DNA from: Candidatus Magasanikiibacteriota bacterium
GTDB taxonomy: Bacteria > Patescibacteriota > Patescibacteriia > Magasanikbacterales > UBA922
Assembly (NCBI GenBank): GCA_021648085.1
Contig: JAKITS010000001.1
Location: 618,759-682,758 of the forward strand
DNA length: 64,000 bases
Reading direction: 5' to 3'
The translations under genes were made by a program, and so were the position numbers. Position 1 is the first letter of the stretch; the number at the start of each line of letters is the position of its first letter. The notes beneath the pieces are model-generated. The model had not been told where the DNA came from, made no database searches, and saw nothing but the letters and a program-made list of their open reading frames with translations. Positions 21,192 to 31,353 of the stretch are shown here, one piece after another.

Positions 21192-21494
21192 GTGGTAGAA
21201 TTGCTAGGCATTTTTGGTGCCATAACTTCTACAATGATAGTTTTAGTAGGTTTACCATCTCAAATTTGGCAAACACACAAAACAAAAAGTGTAGAAGGTT
21301 TGTCTGTTCTACTTGTTATTTTTGTAGGATTAAGTTATCTTTCTTGGACTTTCTATTCACTTTTAAAACCAGACTGGTTTTTGTTTGCTGGGCAAGCCGG
21401 TGGTTCAGTTTTTGGTTTAGTATTTTTTTGCCAATTTGTATATTACAAAATTTTTTACAAAAAAAGAAAACAAAAAGGAGATAAAAATGCGTGA
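21192..21494 (+). CDS. PQ-loop / SemiSWEET-like 3-TM membrane protein (GTG start after RBS gggaggag; the ORF track starts 63 nt upstream)
   Basis: Three TM helices. The first helix ends in the LPSQIW motif followed by KTKSVEGLS, which resembles the PQ-loop signature. The TGA stop overlaps the next gene's ATG. Confidence 0.5.
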   Translation: MVELLGIFGAITSTMIVLVGLPSQIWQTHKTKSVEGLSVLLVIFVGLSYLSWTFYSLLKPDWFLFAGQAGGSVFGLVFFCQFVYYKIFYKKRKQKGDKNA

Positions 21495-21735
21495 TGTTCT
21501 TTTACCTTTCGTAATCATATTTGGAACAATTTACGGAGCTTACACCAAGTTTATGCCAGAAAATCCAGACTTAATGATGGTTTGCACTATTCTATCTGGA
21601 ATCTTGGCATTTATTGTTTATTATGTTCAAACGAGAAAAAAAAGAATGTTAGAAGAATCAACAGAAATGTTTGATTCAGAAACTAGAAAAAAATTCTTCT
21701 TTTTCAAACAAAACAACCAAAAACCTGATGAATAA
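21487..21735 (+). CDS. Small 2-TM membrane protein
   Basis: 82 aa. RBS aaaggag 6 nt before the ATG. Followed by a terminator. Confidence 0.5.
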   Translation: MRDVLLPFVIIFGTIYGAYTKFMPENPDLMMVCTILSGILAFIVYYVQTRKKRMLEESTEMFDSETRKKFFFFKQNNQKPDE

Positions 21736-21750
21736 TCAGGTTTTTTTCTT
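21722..21750 (+). terminator. Rho-independent terminator
   Basis: Hairpin aacctga-tgaataa-tcaggtt followed by a T7 run. Confidence 0.7.
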
Positions 21751-21850
21751 TTTTGTAGTTTTTTCTATGTTTTAACTTGACTTTTGTACTAAAATATGGT
21801 ATTTTATATTACTGTTCATTTTACATTTCTAACCCAACAAGGAGAAAATC

Positions 21851-22537
21851 ATGAACTCTCTTATCGAGAGAATAATGGGAAAATTGGATAAAAAAAATGA
21901 AACTTTGGGAGAAAACATCCCAATGATGATGGTTGTAATCCGGGTTTCAAACCCGGAATGTATTCCAAAATGTATTCTGGAATCAACAAAACAACCAAAA
22001 AAAGAAAAAATATCCAAAGGTGTGGAGTTTATATCTCCACAAAAAAATGGCGAGGCTCAGGTTGGAGCACATTTGCTTCACCAAGATATCAATGCTTCTG
22101 GCTATAAAATAGTCAGAGCATGTTGGGAGCAAAAATTAAACGAACATGATAAACTATACTATTTAGTTCGTTTCGAATTTGTTAGAAACGAACTTTTAAG
22201 AGAAAAAATGGAGGAGTTAGAAGAAGTAATAAAAGCTCTAGAAACAATGCTAAATTCTGCATTGTGGAAAGTGAGAGTTTTCAGAAATCCATATTTCAAA
22301 AATGGGGAGATTCAAAGAGGTAATAGTACAATCTCTTTAAACCTCAATAGCAGAACTCCGCTGCACAAAGAAAACTGGATTTTTGACCCAGAATTACAAA
22401 AAATGGTTTTTAAAAAAATAAAACCAACTATGCGATGGGAAAAAAATAAAAAGGGTGAAAAAATAAAAAAAATTCCACTAACCGCAAAAGAGCGCTTGGT
22501 GATTAGGAACAACGAAATTCAAGTTGTTCCAATCTAA
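21851..22537 (+). CDS. Hypothetical protein (228 aa)
   Basis: RBS aaggag. Strong terminator downstream. No recognisable motif. Confidence 0.5.
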   Translation: MNSLIERIMGKLDKKNETLGENIPMMMVVIRVSNPECIPKCILESTKQPKKEKISKGVEFISPQKNGEAQVGAHLLHQDINASGYKIVRACWEQKLNEHDKLYYLVRFEFVRNELLREKMEELEEVIKALETMLNSALWKVRVFRNPYFKNGEIQRGNSTISLNLNSRTPLHKENWIFDPELQKMVFKKIKPTMRWEKNKKGEKIKKIPLTAKERLVIRNNEIQVVPI

Positions 22538-22543
22538 AAACCA

Positions 22544-22577
22544 AAGCCGACATAGAATTTCTATGTCGGCTTTTTTA
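22544..22577 (+). terminator. Rho-independent terminator
   Basis: Hairpin agccgacatag-aattt-ctatgtcggct followed by tttttt. Confidence 0.75.
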
Positions 22578-22891
22578 ATTCTTTTTTAAAATATTTTTGA
22601 TTTTAAATATACTTTCATAAGAACTCTATCGGTAAGTTTGGCTTCAGTTATTATTTAGGATAGTACATGTTATTATTTATATACCACTCCTTTTACTTTC
22701 CACCCTCAAATCCTATTTCTGTCATCCTCAGTTCTTATTTTTATCATCCTCAGCTTGACGGGGATCCATTCCATTCTTTCCTGTTTCGCGACTAAAGACT
22801 CCTGAATTCCTAGTCAAGCCAGGAATGACAAAAGAGTAAGGACTTTGCAGATTTTATAAACTTTCTAACCTTCCTGTCTGTTACCCTCCTA

Positions 22892-25009
22892 TTATTCAAA
22901 CAAAATTTCATCTCCAACAATAAACAACTGCTCGCCTGTCACATCATCCACTGCAGTTCCTCTTACTTTTGAAGTTAAGTTTGTCTGACTTGGGTTTTTT
23001 TGATTCAAAATTATATTAAACTGGAGTGCCAGAACATCTATACTTGTTGGCATTTCTGGAATAGTCCAAACAACTTTTTTGTTTTCTATGTCATATTGCA
23101 AATTTCCAGCAGGCACAGAAAGTGTGCTTGGATCCCACACAAAATCTCCATATAAATCAGCTTCAAATTTTAAATCCTTTAGATTGTGGAATGAGTTTGA
23201 TAGTAACCAAGTTATAGAATGAACATCTCGACCGTCAGAATCTTGACTTATTTCATCGGAAACCTGCAAATCTATGTCAGAATTAAGTTTAATAACAATT
23301 GGACTACTAGATAAAAACTCCCTTCCTTTTAATGTATCATATTGAATCTCAACAGTAGCTATTATTTCATATTTTGCAAAATCCGCAAGAGTTATCTCGC
23401 TATCTGTTTTAACAGGCAAGTGGTAATCTATTAAGACACTCTCCCCCAAAGAAATAGATCTCAATTCTGCAATATCCCCACCATCCCAAGTTATGTGTCC
23501 TCGTCTAATATCCACACTTCTTTGTTCCCCAAAAACATCTCCGCTATTTGGATCGTCTAATTTTATCCAATTTAATACACTCCTTTTATTTACAGAAGGT
23601 GCGTCAAAAATCATCCTTACTCGAACATTTGATATTATACTCTCTCCAGCATTTGAAACTGTAATAGTCCCATTCAACACATCTCCAGGTATCGCTGTGC
23701 TATTTTTTAACGAACCGTTTATAGCAAGCTGTGCGGAAATGCTCTTCTCCAAAATTGTAGGACTATAGCTAGATGTTGCAAAAATATAACCATCTCCAAG
23801 ATTTTCTGAATCTTTCCAACCTATCAAACTCGCCATTATAGAACTATCGTCATAATCTCCGAGATTAAAGATACCTTTTATGTCTACTATTTTTTCACCT
23901 TCTAAAATAGGAATTGACCATACAAAATTTTCAAACTCATCACTTTCTGGGATACTCTCTACTTTTGAGAATCCAGCAAAAGGCGTTAATACTAATGCTA
24001 AATTTTCAATACTTTTTTCGCTTGTATTTTTTAGCAAAACTTTAAACTCTGTTTCCACACCAGCAACAACAGCATCGACACCTTCAAAAGACAGTTCAAA
24101 GACGGAGTCTGTTATTTCTGTACTAAGATTGGCAACCTGCTGAAAATCTGAACTAAAATTATCAGGAGTATAATTGAAAAATATCCTAAAAGACTGTTTC
24201 TTGTTTATATCCCCATAAAGTTTTCCAGATATATCAATATAAGTTCCATCTTGTCCTGCAACCTCTCCTATAATCCACTTATCATTTGTTTCATTTGACG
24301 GCTCAATACTACTCTCAACAAACACAAAACCTTCTGGATAACGAATTTCTAATTCTACATTTTTTAATACACTATTTTGTAAATTTCTATATCTAACCCT
24401 ATAGCTCACATCTTGTCCAGCTGTCACAGCTTCATCTCCAACTATTGTTAGTAGCACATCTTCTTCTGAAAACTTACTACTAGAACCAAGTACAAAAAAA
24501 CCAAGCCATGCCACAAGACCTAAAAATAGCAGTGAAGAAACTAAAACACTAAGAGCTTTTAGAAGTGGACCCATCTTCTTTTTTTTCTGAAATTTACTCA
24601 TATCTGGAATTGTGCCATCCTCGTTTTCATAAATCTCCAAAAGTGCTTTATCCACATCATCATCTTTTTTTTGATGCTTTTTCTTTTTCATAAGTTTTTT
24701 CATACCACCATGTTTTTTCTTTTTTAGTGGTTTCAATATTTTTTCCACAAAACCAAACATTCCAACATCTTCTTTTTCTTTATGTTTTTTTTTCTTTTTT
24801 TTATGTTTCTTAATCTTTTTTTCTTTTACACTTTTATCTTTGTCAAAACTCTCAAATTTATTATTATTTTTATGCTTTTTTTTCTTCTTTTTTTTATGTT
24901 TTTTCTTGTGTATATTTTTCCCATCTTCTTCCAATTCCAAATAAATATCCTTTTCTTCAGATTCGTCTTTTTTATGTTTTTTACTTTTTTTGTGTTCTTT
25001 TTTAGACAT
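22892..25009 (-). CDS. Large membrane-anchored surface protein. It has an N-terminal poly-Lys/His cytoplasmic tail, one TM helix and an ~530-aa extracytoplasmic beta-rich domain
   Basis: 705 aa. The first ~150 aa are about 45% K/H (HKKKHKKKKKKKHK). The hydrophobic helix LLKALSVLVSSLLFLGLVAWLGFFVLG follows. It lies 10 nt downstream of the 25020..27653 gene. Confidence 0.6.
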   Translation of the reverse strand: MSKKEHKKSKKHKKDESEEKDIYLELEEDGKNIHKKKHKKKKKKKHKNNNKFESFDKDKSVKEKKIKKHKKKKKKHKEKEDVGMFGFVEKILKPLKKKKHGGMKKLMKKKKHQKKDDDVDKALLEIYENEDGTIPDMSKFQKKKKMGPLLKALSVLVSSLLFLGLVAWLGFFVLGSSSKFSEEDVLLTIVGDEAVTAGQDVSYRVRYRNLQNSVLKNVELEIRYPEGFVFVESSIEPSNETNDKWIIGEVAGQDGTYIDISGKLYGDINKKQSFRIFFNYTPDNFSSDFQQVANLSTEITDSVFELSFEGVDAVVAGVETEFKVLLKNTSEKSIENLALVLTPFAGFSKVESIPESDEFENFVWSIPILEGEKIVDIKGIFNLGDYDDSSIMASLIGWKDSENLGDGYIFATSSYSPTILEKSISAQLAINGSLKNSTAIPGDVLNGTITVSNAGESIISNVRVRMIFDAPSVNKRSVLNWIKLDDPNSGDVFGEQRSVDIRRGHITWDGGDIAELRSISLGESVLIDYHLPVKTDSEITLADFAKYEIIATVEIQYDTLKGREFLSSSPIVIKLNSDIDLQVSDEISQDSDGRDVHSITWLLSNSFHNLKDLKFEADLYGDFVWDPSTLSVPAGNLQYDIENKKVVWTIPEMPTSIDVLALQFNIILNQKNPSQTNLTSKVRGTAVDDVTGEQLFIVGDEILFE

Positions 25010-25019
25010 AAGACAATGT

Positions 25020-27653
25020 TTAATTAATTTCCCCTTCTATAACGGCACCAAAAACAGTATCGCTTTGAAGTATAGAATTATATTGAAGTAAATTATTAAA
25101 TTTTAATTTTGAATTGTCAGACTTCCAAATAAAATCCCAATCATCAGGAATTTTTACACTAGAACTAAAACCACTGTTAATTCCAGACTGTTTTTGCAGA
25201 ACCAAACTATATTTTAGCCTATTTTCATCATTGGACAAAAGTGAATTCCAAAAATTTTCACCTTTAATCTCTCTTGGTTGAACTGTCGGAATTTTGAATG
25301 GCAGTTTATATATAAAATAAATCTCACTCTCTCCACCCGGATCTGTGGACACCCAATTACCAAAGACAGTTTTTCCAAATTCTTTTGTAATTCTAGTGCC
25401 TGTTTTACTGTGAATTCCCACCTCCTTTTCAAACTGCGCTATAGACAGATCTTCTTCGTACCAATCCTCTGAAACATGAAATGCCCCTTCCGCAGGATAA
25501 GAAAAACCACCAGCCTCCAAAAGCTCTGAGCCTTCTGGAACATAAGCACGCACATAACTTATATTTCTAACACCACTGAACATTTCACCATCTATACCAG
25601 TATGTTTTTTCTTTATTATAACTTTATCCACAATAGAGCCATCTTTTTGAATAAACACTTCATGTTCAATATTTTGTTCTATTTTTTTATCACTTTTTTG
25701 ACCTTGCAGGTTTGCACTCACAATATTTAAATAATCCTGATCTTTATTTGTATAACTTATTTCACCAGACCAGCCAAAATCACGCACTGTTTTTTGCAAT
25801 TTTCTATCAAAGAAAAAAGCCTGAACTTCTTTTTCTTTTAATGCTTGATGAAACTCATTGAGTACGCGAACCAAATCTATATTATCTAAACCCTCAAACT
25901 GAACAAACAAATCATCCACAAGCTCTCCTATAACTTCTTTTGGTTTATTTTCTATTTTGTCATAATTAATCTCTACTTGATACTGCAAATCATCTATTGC
26001 AGTATCGCCCATCAGTTCTAAATTATGTTTTTCGCTAGTTATAGAACCCACCACTTTCAAAACTCTCTCCAAAACTGTGGCGTTTACTGCTATCACACCA
26101 TCTACTGTTGTACCCCTACTATGCTCATAAAACCAAGCCATCTTTTGTGCAGAAATCCCAAAATCTGGAAACCAGTTTGAATCTTGAAATTCCCACCTAC
26201 TATTTACCAATTGTAGTGGTAATGGTGGAGTTAAATAAGCGTCTAACTGTCCCTTTAAATCATAGCTTCCACCTCCTGGAATATCTATATTTTGAATTCT
26301 ACCTTTTTGAATATCTATAATTGCAAAACTCCCAAGAAAACCACCAGTAGGACGAAGTTCATTATTATTTTGAAAAACTAGTAGATACCTTCTAAAATCG
26401 TCGCTACCCAAAATAAGCTGAAGAGTATCTATAAGCTGGACCAAATCACCCAAATCCTCTATAAAAACACCGAATAAAATCTGAAACTCTTTAAATTCAT
26501 CCCTATACTCTTTTGGGATAATCTTTGGATCCACACCGCTCAACTCTCTAAAAGCATTTTCATATTGTGGTAAAGCACTATTTAAATGCTCGCTAATTAA
26601 AGCTATTTTATCTGTTGCATTTAATCCATCTTCAGTAGCCTCACCAATACCTTTTACTATGTAAGTATTCGCAAGTGCCATACTTTGTCCAGCACTTAAC
26701 AAACTCTCCCTACTTTTCATACTCTTACCAAAAATAGGCAATACTCGCAAAACACTCATCAATATTTTATTCTCTGAGTCTAATAATTTTTTTGTATTAT
26801 TGAAATATTCCAATGTATTATTTAAGTCTGTCTGTGCCCCACTAATATCTGAATTTAAGGCTAATAGAGTAGAAGAATGTAACCCAACTAAAGCCTGTTT
26901 ACTACCTTCTACTATCTGTTCACTAGTTGTACGAACCTGCTTAAAATACCCAACAGTTGGAATTGGAATAGCGACTAACAAAAACATAACAACGCTCTGG
27001 TATGCCATTTTTTTCCATGTAAAATTTCCAACCCATTTTTTAAAACTCAACCTTGATAAAGAAAAATTTATTTTTGTTTTAAATAATTTAATTTTGGATG
27101 AAATACCAGTAAAAAAACTAAATTCATTTTTTACTTTATTTTGCTTTTCAGTTTTTTCTATTTTTATCTTTTCCTTTTTCTTCAAACTCTGTGCTTTTTT
27201 TATTTTTTGAACATCTATTTTTTCTATCCTCCCTCTATTCAACTCTTCTTTTAAAATAAAATTACTACTTATATTTTTATTATCCAACTCTACCTTTCTT
27301 CTTTGATTTGCCTTTCTCACCAAATTTGCAAAATTTACACCTACAGTATTTTGTATATTTTCTTTTTCTTTATACACCTCTACTTTCGCGGGTTGTTTTT
27401 TTAGCTCTCCGCGCAAATTTACAATATGTGGAGACCTCATCATTTTTTCTTCACCACAAACAACCACCTTTGGGTATTTTTTGGTGGTTTCTATTTTAGT
27501 CTCTATAAAATCATCTCCTACAAAAACTTCTCCAACTTCTATATCTAACTCTTCTGCAATCACTTTCTCTGGGCAAGTCCTAGAATTATGCCCCATTTTT
27601 TTACAACCAGTACAGGATCTTCTTTTAATTTTATTTCTTCTTACTCTTGGCAT
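25020..27653 (-). CDS. Large membrane protein with an N-terminal CCHC zinc-knuckle-like motif and a DUF4012-like C-terminal region
   Basis: 877 aa. The N-terminus contains CTGCKKMGHNSRTC (C-x2-C-x4-H-x4-C). A TM helix lies around residue 215. The block RRYLLVFQNNNELRPTGGFLGSFAIIDIQKGRI matches the DUF4012 family as I remember it. Confidence 0.6.
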   Translation of the reverse strand: MPRVRRNKIKRRSCTGCKKMGHNSRTCPEKVIAEELDIEVGEVFVGDDFIETKIETTKKYPKVVVCGEEKMMRSPHIVNLRGELKKQPAKVEVYKEKENIQNTVGVNFANLVRKANQRRKVELDNKNISSNFILKEELNRGRIEKIDVQKIKKAQSLKKKEKIKIEKTEKQNKVKNEFSFFTGISSKIKLFKTKINFSLSRLSFKKWVGNFTWKKMAYQSVVMFLLVAIPIPTVGYFKQVRTTSEQIVEGSKQALVGLHSSTLLALNSDISGAQTDLNNTLEYFNNTKKLLDSENKILMSVLRVLPIFGKSMKSRESLLSAGQSMALANTYIVKGIGEATEDGLNATDKIALISEHLNSALPQYENAFRELSGVDPKIIPKEYRDEFKEFQILFGVFIEDLGDLVQLIDTLQLILGSDDFRRYLLVFQNNNELRPTGGFLGSFAIIDIQKGRIQNIDIPGGGSYDLKGQLDAYLTPPLPLQLVNSRWEFQDSNWFPDFGISAQKMAWFYEHSRGTTVDGVIAVNATVLERVLKVVGSITSEKHNLELMGDTAIDDLQYQVEINYDKIENKPKEVIGELVDDLFVQFEGLDNIDLVRVLNEFHQALKEKEVQAFFFDRKLQKTVRDFGWSGEISYTNKDQDYLNIVSANLQGQKSDKKIEQNIEHEVFIQKDGSIVDKVIIKKKHTGIDGEMFSGVRNISYVRAYVPEGSELLEAGGFSYPAEGAFHVSEDWYEEDLSIAQFEKEVGIHSKTGTRITKEFGKTVFGNWVSTDPGGESEIYFIYKLPFKIPTVQPREIKGENFWNSLLSNDENRLKYSLVLQKQSGINSGFSSSVKIPDDWDFIWKSDNSKLKFNNLLQYNSILQSDTVFGAVIEGEIN

Positions 27654-27962
27654 GAAAAGATAATAAATTTATATATTTATAAATCTACTACATTATACCA
27701 TATTTCTTAATTGCAAAAAATGTCTTATTTTAAGTAAAAAATAGGTTTTATCCACAGGCTTAAAAAAGACTAATTTAATAAAATAAAAAAAGACTTAGAT
27801 TAAACTAAGTCTTTTGAGTTTTTATATACTTATTTTTTATTGATGAAGCTCAAGGATATTTTGATTCTAGAGAATGGCAAAATATACCACCTTTAATTGA
27901 AAAGATCTTCCTGAACCAATTAAAACTTAACAAAAAAAGTCAAGGTTTTATACTTAACTTTT

Positions 27963-29081
27963 TTATTTATAAATTTCTATTGTCTCCTCCACCATTTTTT
28001 TCCAAGAATATTTTTTCAGAACTCTTTTGGAATTCTCTTGAAGTTTTTTTCTCTCTTCCTTGTTTGTTAAATTTTTATAAATTACTTTTGCCATTTCCTG
28101 ATAATTTTCTGGATCAAAATAATTTGCAGCGTCCTCCAAAATTTCCGGCATACAACTTCTGTCTGAACTCACCACCGGCACACCATACTGCATAGCTTCG
28201 AGCGGTGGAATACCAAACCCTTCGTACAAACTTGGAAAAACATAAAGACCACATTTTTTGTACAATTGAGAAAGCTCTTCATCTGGCACAAAACCTGTTA
28301 TTTTTATAGATTCACTCAAATTTTTATCATTATATTTTTCAACTTCTTTTTGAAGTCTTTTATAAAAATAGTTTTCTTTACCAACCAAAACTAACTGATA
28401 ATTCTTACTATATTTTTCTATAAAAAACTTCCAAGATTTTACCAACATTTCCAAATTTTTATGAGGAAAAGCATTTCCAACATACATTACAAAGGGTTTT
28501 GTAATATTATATTTTTCTAAAACACTTTTATCAGCCCCGCCTATCTTTTCTAGCGAAGCTTCATAAGTAACTACTATTTTTTCCTGTTTTACTTTCGAAG
28601 TTTTTATTAAATCATTTTTTACAAACTTACTTACAGTTATTATCTTTTTACTATTATTTGTGGCGTGCCAAAGTATAATTCTAAAAAATATATACTTTAG
28701 AAAATATAAAACAGGATTCAAAGTACTCGCTCGCCTATTTGGATAATGAAGTAATATCAAATCGTGGATTGTCACCACAAAAGGTGCTCGATAAAAAAGT
28801 GGTACATTCCAATGTGGAAAGTGCATCAAATCTACACCTTCTTTTTTAATTATTTTTGGAAACAAAAGTTGTTCACCTTTTCCATACCAATGAATATCTG
28901 CCAAAACTTTTTTAAATTTAGGATTTTTTGTTTCAAACAAATTAAAATTATCCTCCTTCAAAAAAATTACATATTCATTTTCAGAATCAATTTCTACTAA
29001 ATTTTCTAATAACTTTTGAATATATCGCCCAAGCCCTGCCTGTTTTGGACCGTACATCCTTGCGTCAATTCCTATCCTCAT
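27963..29081 (-). CDS. Glycosyltransferase, GT4 (GT-B fold) family
   Basis: 372 aa. Typical N-terminus MRIGIDAR..GLGRY and the C-terminal E-x7-E region (FPSLYEGFGIPPLEAM). Confidence 0.75.
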   Translation of the reverse strand: MRIGIDARMYGPKQAGLGRYIQKLLENLVEIDSENEYVIFLKEDNFNLFETKNPKFKKVLADIHWYGKGEQLLFPKIIKKEGVDLMHFPHWNVPLFYRAPFVVTIHDLILLHYPNRRASTLNPVLYFLKYIFFRIILWHATNNSKKIITVSKFVKNDLIKTSKVKQEKIVVTYEASLEKIGGADKSVLEKYNITKPFVMYVGNAFPHKNLEMLVKSWKFFIEKYSKNYQLVLVGKENYFYKRLQKEVEKYNDKNLSESIKITGFVPDEELSQLYKKCGLYVFPSLYEGFGIPPLEAMQYGVPVVSSDRSCMPEILEDAANYFDPENYQEMAKVIYKNLTNKEERKKLQENSKRVLKKYSWKKMVEETIEIYK

Positions 29082-29082
29082 A

Positions 29083-30237
29083 TTATATTACACTACTTAA
29101 AGCTTCAATCCACTGCTCGGCAGATTTTACCCAAGAAAACTCATAACTTTTTTTATACCCCCTATCAATTAACTCATTTCTAAGATAATAATCCGATGTT
29201 AAAAGTTGCATCCCTTTTGCAATTTCTGCAATATCGTGTGGATTTACCATAAAAGCAGAATTTCCAACTACTTCTGGAAGTGAAGATCTTGAACTTGTGA
29301 TTACAGGCGTACCCACACTCATAGCCTCGAGTACTGGGAAACCAAACCCCTCATAAAAAGAAGGGTATACAAAAATACTTGCCAACTCATAAAACACCCT
29401 CTTTTCTTCTGGGCTTATATAACCAACATATTTTATTTTTTTATTTTTACCAATTCTCTCCAAAAGTTTTAAACACTTCCAACCCTGTGCTCCAGCAATT
29501 ATTAGCTCATATTCTTGCGCATAAGAATTCTTTCTTTGCCAAAGCAAAAATGCATCGACCACACCATCTATATTTTTTCTTGGTTCTATAGTTCCTAAAA
29601 AGAAAACAAATTTTTCTGGCAAACCATATTTAATTTTTATCTTTTGTACAGATTCTGTGTCTTGTTTCAAAAATAATGTAGAAAGCCCTGGTTTTATTAC
29701 TTTTATTTTTTTCTCCCCTACCCCAAAATAATTTACAACATCGTTTTTCGTATTTTCTGAAGGTGTCAAAATTAAGCTAGCTTTTTTACATTGCCTTCTT
29801 ACTCTCACACATTTGTGCCAAATTCTACGCTTTATAGAAAAAAAATCTTTAAAAAATACAAAAGACAGGTCATGAATTGTAAGGATGTGAGGAATTTTTG
29901 GACCAATAGAAGTAAAATGAATATTCGGACTATAAAACAAATCTATCTCAACCTCTTTAACTAAATTTTTAGAAATTATTTTATTTAGATAAGGTCTTTT
30001 AAACAAAAACAAACTACCACTCAATAATTTATTTGGCCAACTAGTTTTTATATAATACACATTTTCAACCTTTGGAAACTGTGAAGTACTTATATCTTCT
30101 TTTAGGGAATTATAAAATAAATAATAATTATTCTTCTTATCCTGCTTTAAAATACTGGAGATTAATTCCACAGTATATTCCCCAACACCCGTCTTCACAG
30201 AACCAGTCAATGACCTTATATCTATTCCTATATTCAT
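29083..30237 (-). CDS. Glycosyltransferase, GT4 family
   Basis: 384 aa. MNIGIDIR...GVGEY, and YPSFYEGFGFPVLEAM. Confidence 0.75.
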   Translation of the reverse strand: MNIGIDIRSLTGSVKTGVGEYTVELISSILKQDKKNNYYLFYNSLKEDISTSQFPKVENVYYIKTSWPNKLLSGSLFLFKRPYLNKIISKNLVKEVEIDLFYSPNIHFTSIGPKIPHILTIHDLSFVFFKDFFSIKRRIWHKCVRVRRQCKKASLILTPSENTKNDVVNYFGVGEKKIKVIKPGLSTLFLKQDTESVQKIKIKYGLPEKFVFFLGTIEPRKNIDGVVDAFLLWQRKNSYAQEYELIIAGAQGWKCLKLLERIGKNKKIKYVGYISPEEKRVFYELASIFVYPSFYEGFGFPVLEAMSVGTPVITSSRSSLPEVVGNSAFMVNPHDIAEIAKGMQLLTSDYYLRNELIDRGYKKSYEFSWVKSAEQWIEALSSVI

Positions 30238-30239
30238 AA

Positions 30240-31334
30240 TTAAATTAAAGACTTTTTGTACTCATTTTCTATCAAATTTACAACCCTCTCTTTGAATTTT
30301 TCTTCACTAAACTCTTCAACGCTTTTTCTTATTTCTATACTATTCCATACCCTATCATCAAAATTCAAAAGTTTATGCATCAGAGATTCCCATGTTTGCT
30401 CATAGAAAAAAGTTCCAGTTTTACCTTCTTGTACTGTTTCCAAGACTCCACCTTTTGCATAAGCGATTACAGGCCTACCCGAAGCAATAGATTCAAGCGG
30501 TGTAATCCCAGAGTCCTCAACTTGAGGATGAACAAAAGCACGAGCACGACTTAATAATTTTGCTTTTTCATCATCAGAAATTCTACCCACAAATTCTATA
30601 TTTGATTTTGCAATTTTTTGCAATTTTTCTAGCTCTGGACCATCACCAAAAATTTTGACAGGCCAACCCAACCTATTAAAAACATGTACTATCAGATCAA
30701 ATCTCTTGTATGCCACCATTCGCCCGCCAGAAACAAAATAATCACCAATCTCACCAGAAATAAAAAACTTGTTCACATTTATTGAAGGGTAAACCACCTC
30801 ACTATTTCTGTTGTAATATTTCTTTATTCGCTTCTGAACAATTTTTGAGTTCGCAATAAATTTATCCACTCTGTCTGCACTTGTTCTATCCCAAATTCGC
30901 ATTTTATGGATAAGTCTTGGAAGTGCAAGTTTAATCAATTTGTTGTATTTTAAATTTGAAATATACTCATGAGTATCTGTCCAAAGATATCTTGTCGGTG
31001 TGTGACAATAAGAGATATGAACAGTATTTGGATCTGTAATCACACCTTTTGAAAAAGCACTCGCAGAAGACAGAACAATATCAAAACCCTTCAAATTGTG
31101 ATGTTCCGTAGCCAAAGGCATAAATGGCAAAGTCCACTGATAATGAGATTTTATAAAAGGTATTTTCGCCAAAAAAGATTCTCTAATATCAGAATTATTA
31201 AATTGTTTCAATTTTTCTCTATCATGAAAAAGCACAAAAATTGGCGCTTCTGGCCAAATTTCACTAAATACTTTTAATACTTTCTCTGCCCCTCCGTCTT
31301 GAGATAAATAATCATGTACCAACGCAACTTTCAT
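30240..31334 (-). CDS. Glycosyltransferase, GT4 family
   Basis: 364 aa. MKVALVHDYL...GGAEKV, and HPQVEDSGITPLESI. Confidence 0.75.
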   Translation of the reverse strand: MKVALVHDYLSQDGGAEKVLKVFSEIWPEAPIFVLFHDREKLKQFNNSDIRESFLAKIPFIKSHYQWTLPFMPLATEHHNLKGFDIVLSSASAFSKGVITDPNTVHISYCHTPTRYLWTDTHEYISNLKYNKLIKLALPRLIHKMRIWDRTSADRVDKFIANSKIVQKRIKKYYNRNSEVVYPSINVNKFFISGEIGDYFVSGGRMVAYKRFDLIVHVFNRLGWPVKIFGDGPELEKLQKIAKSNIEFVGRISDDEKAKLLSRARAFVHPQVEDSGITPLESIASGRPVIAYAKGGVLETVQEGKTGTFFYEQTWESLMHKLLNFDDRVWNSIEIRKSVEEFSEEKFKERVVNLIENEYKKSLI

Positions 31335-31353
31335 ACAACAATAACTTCTTAAA

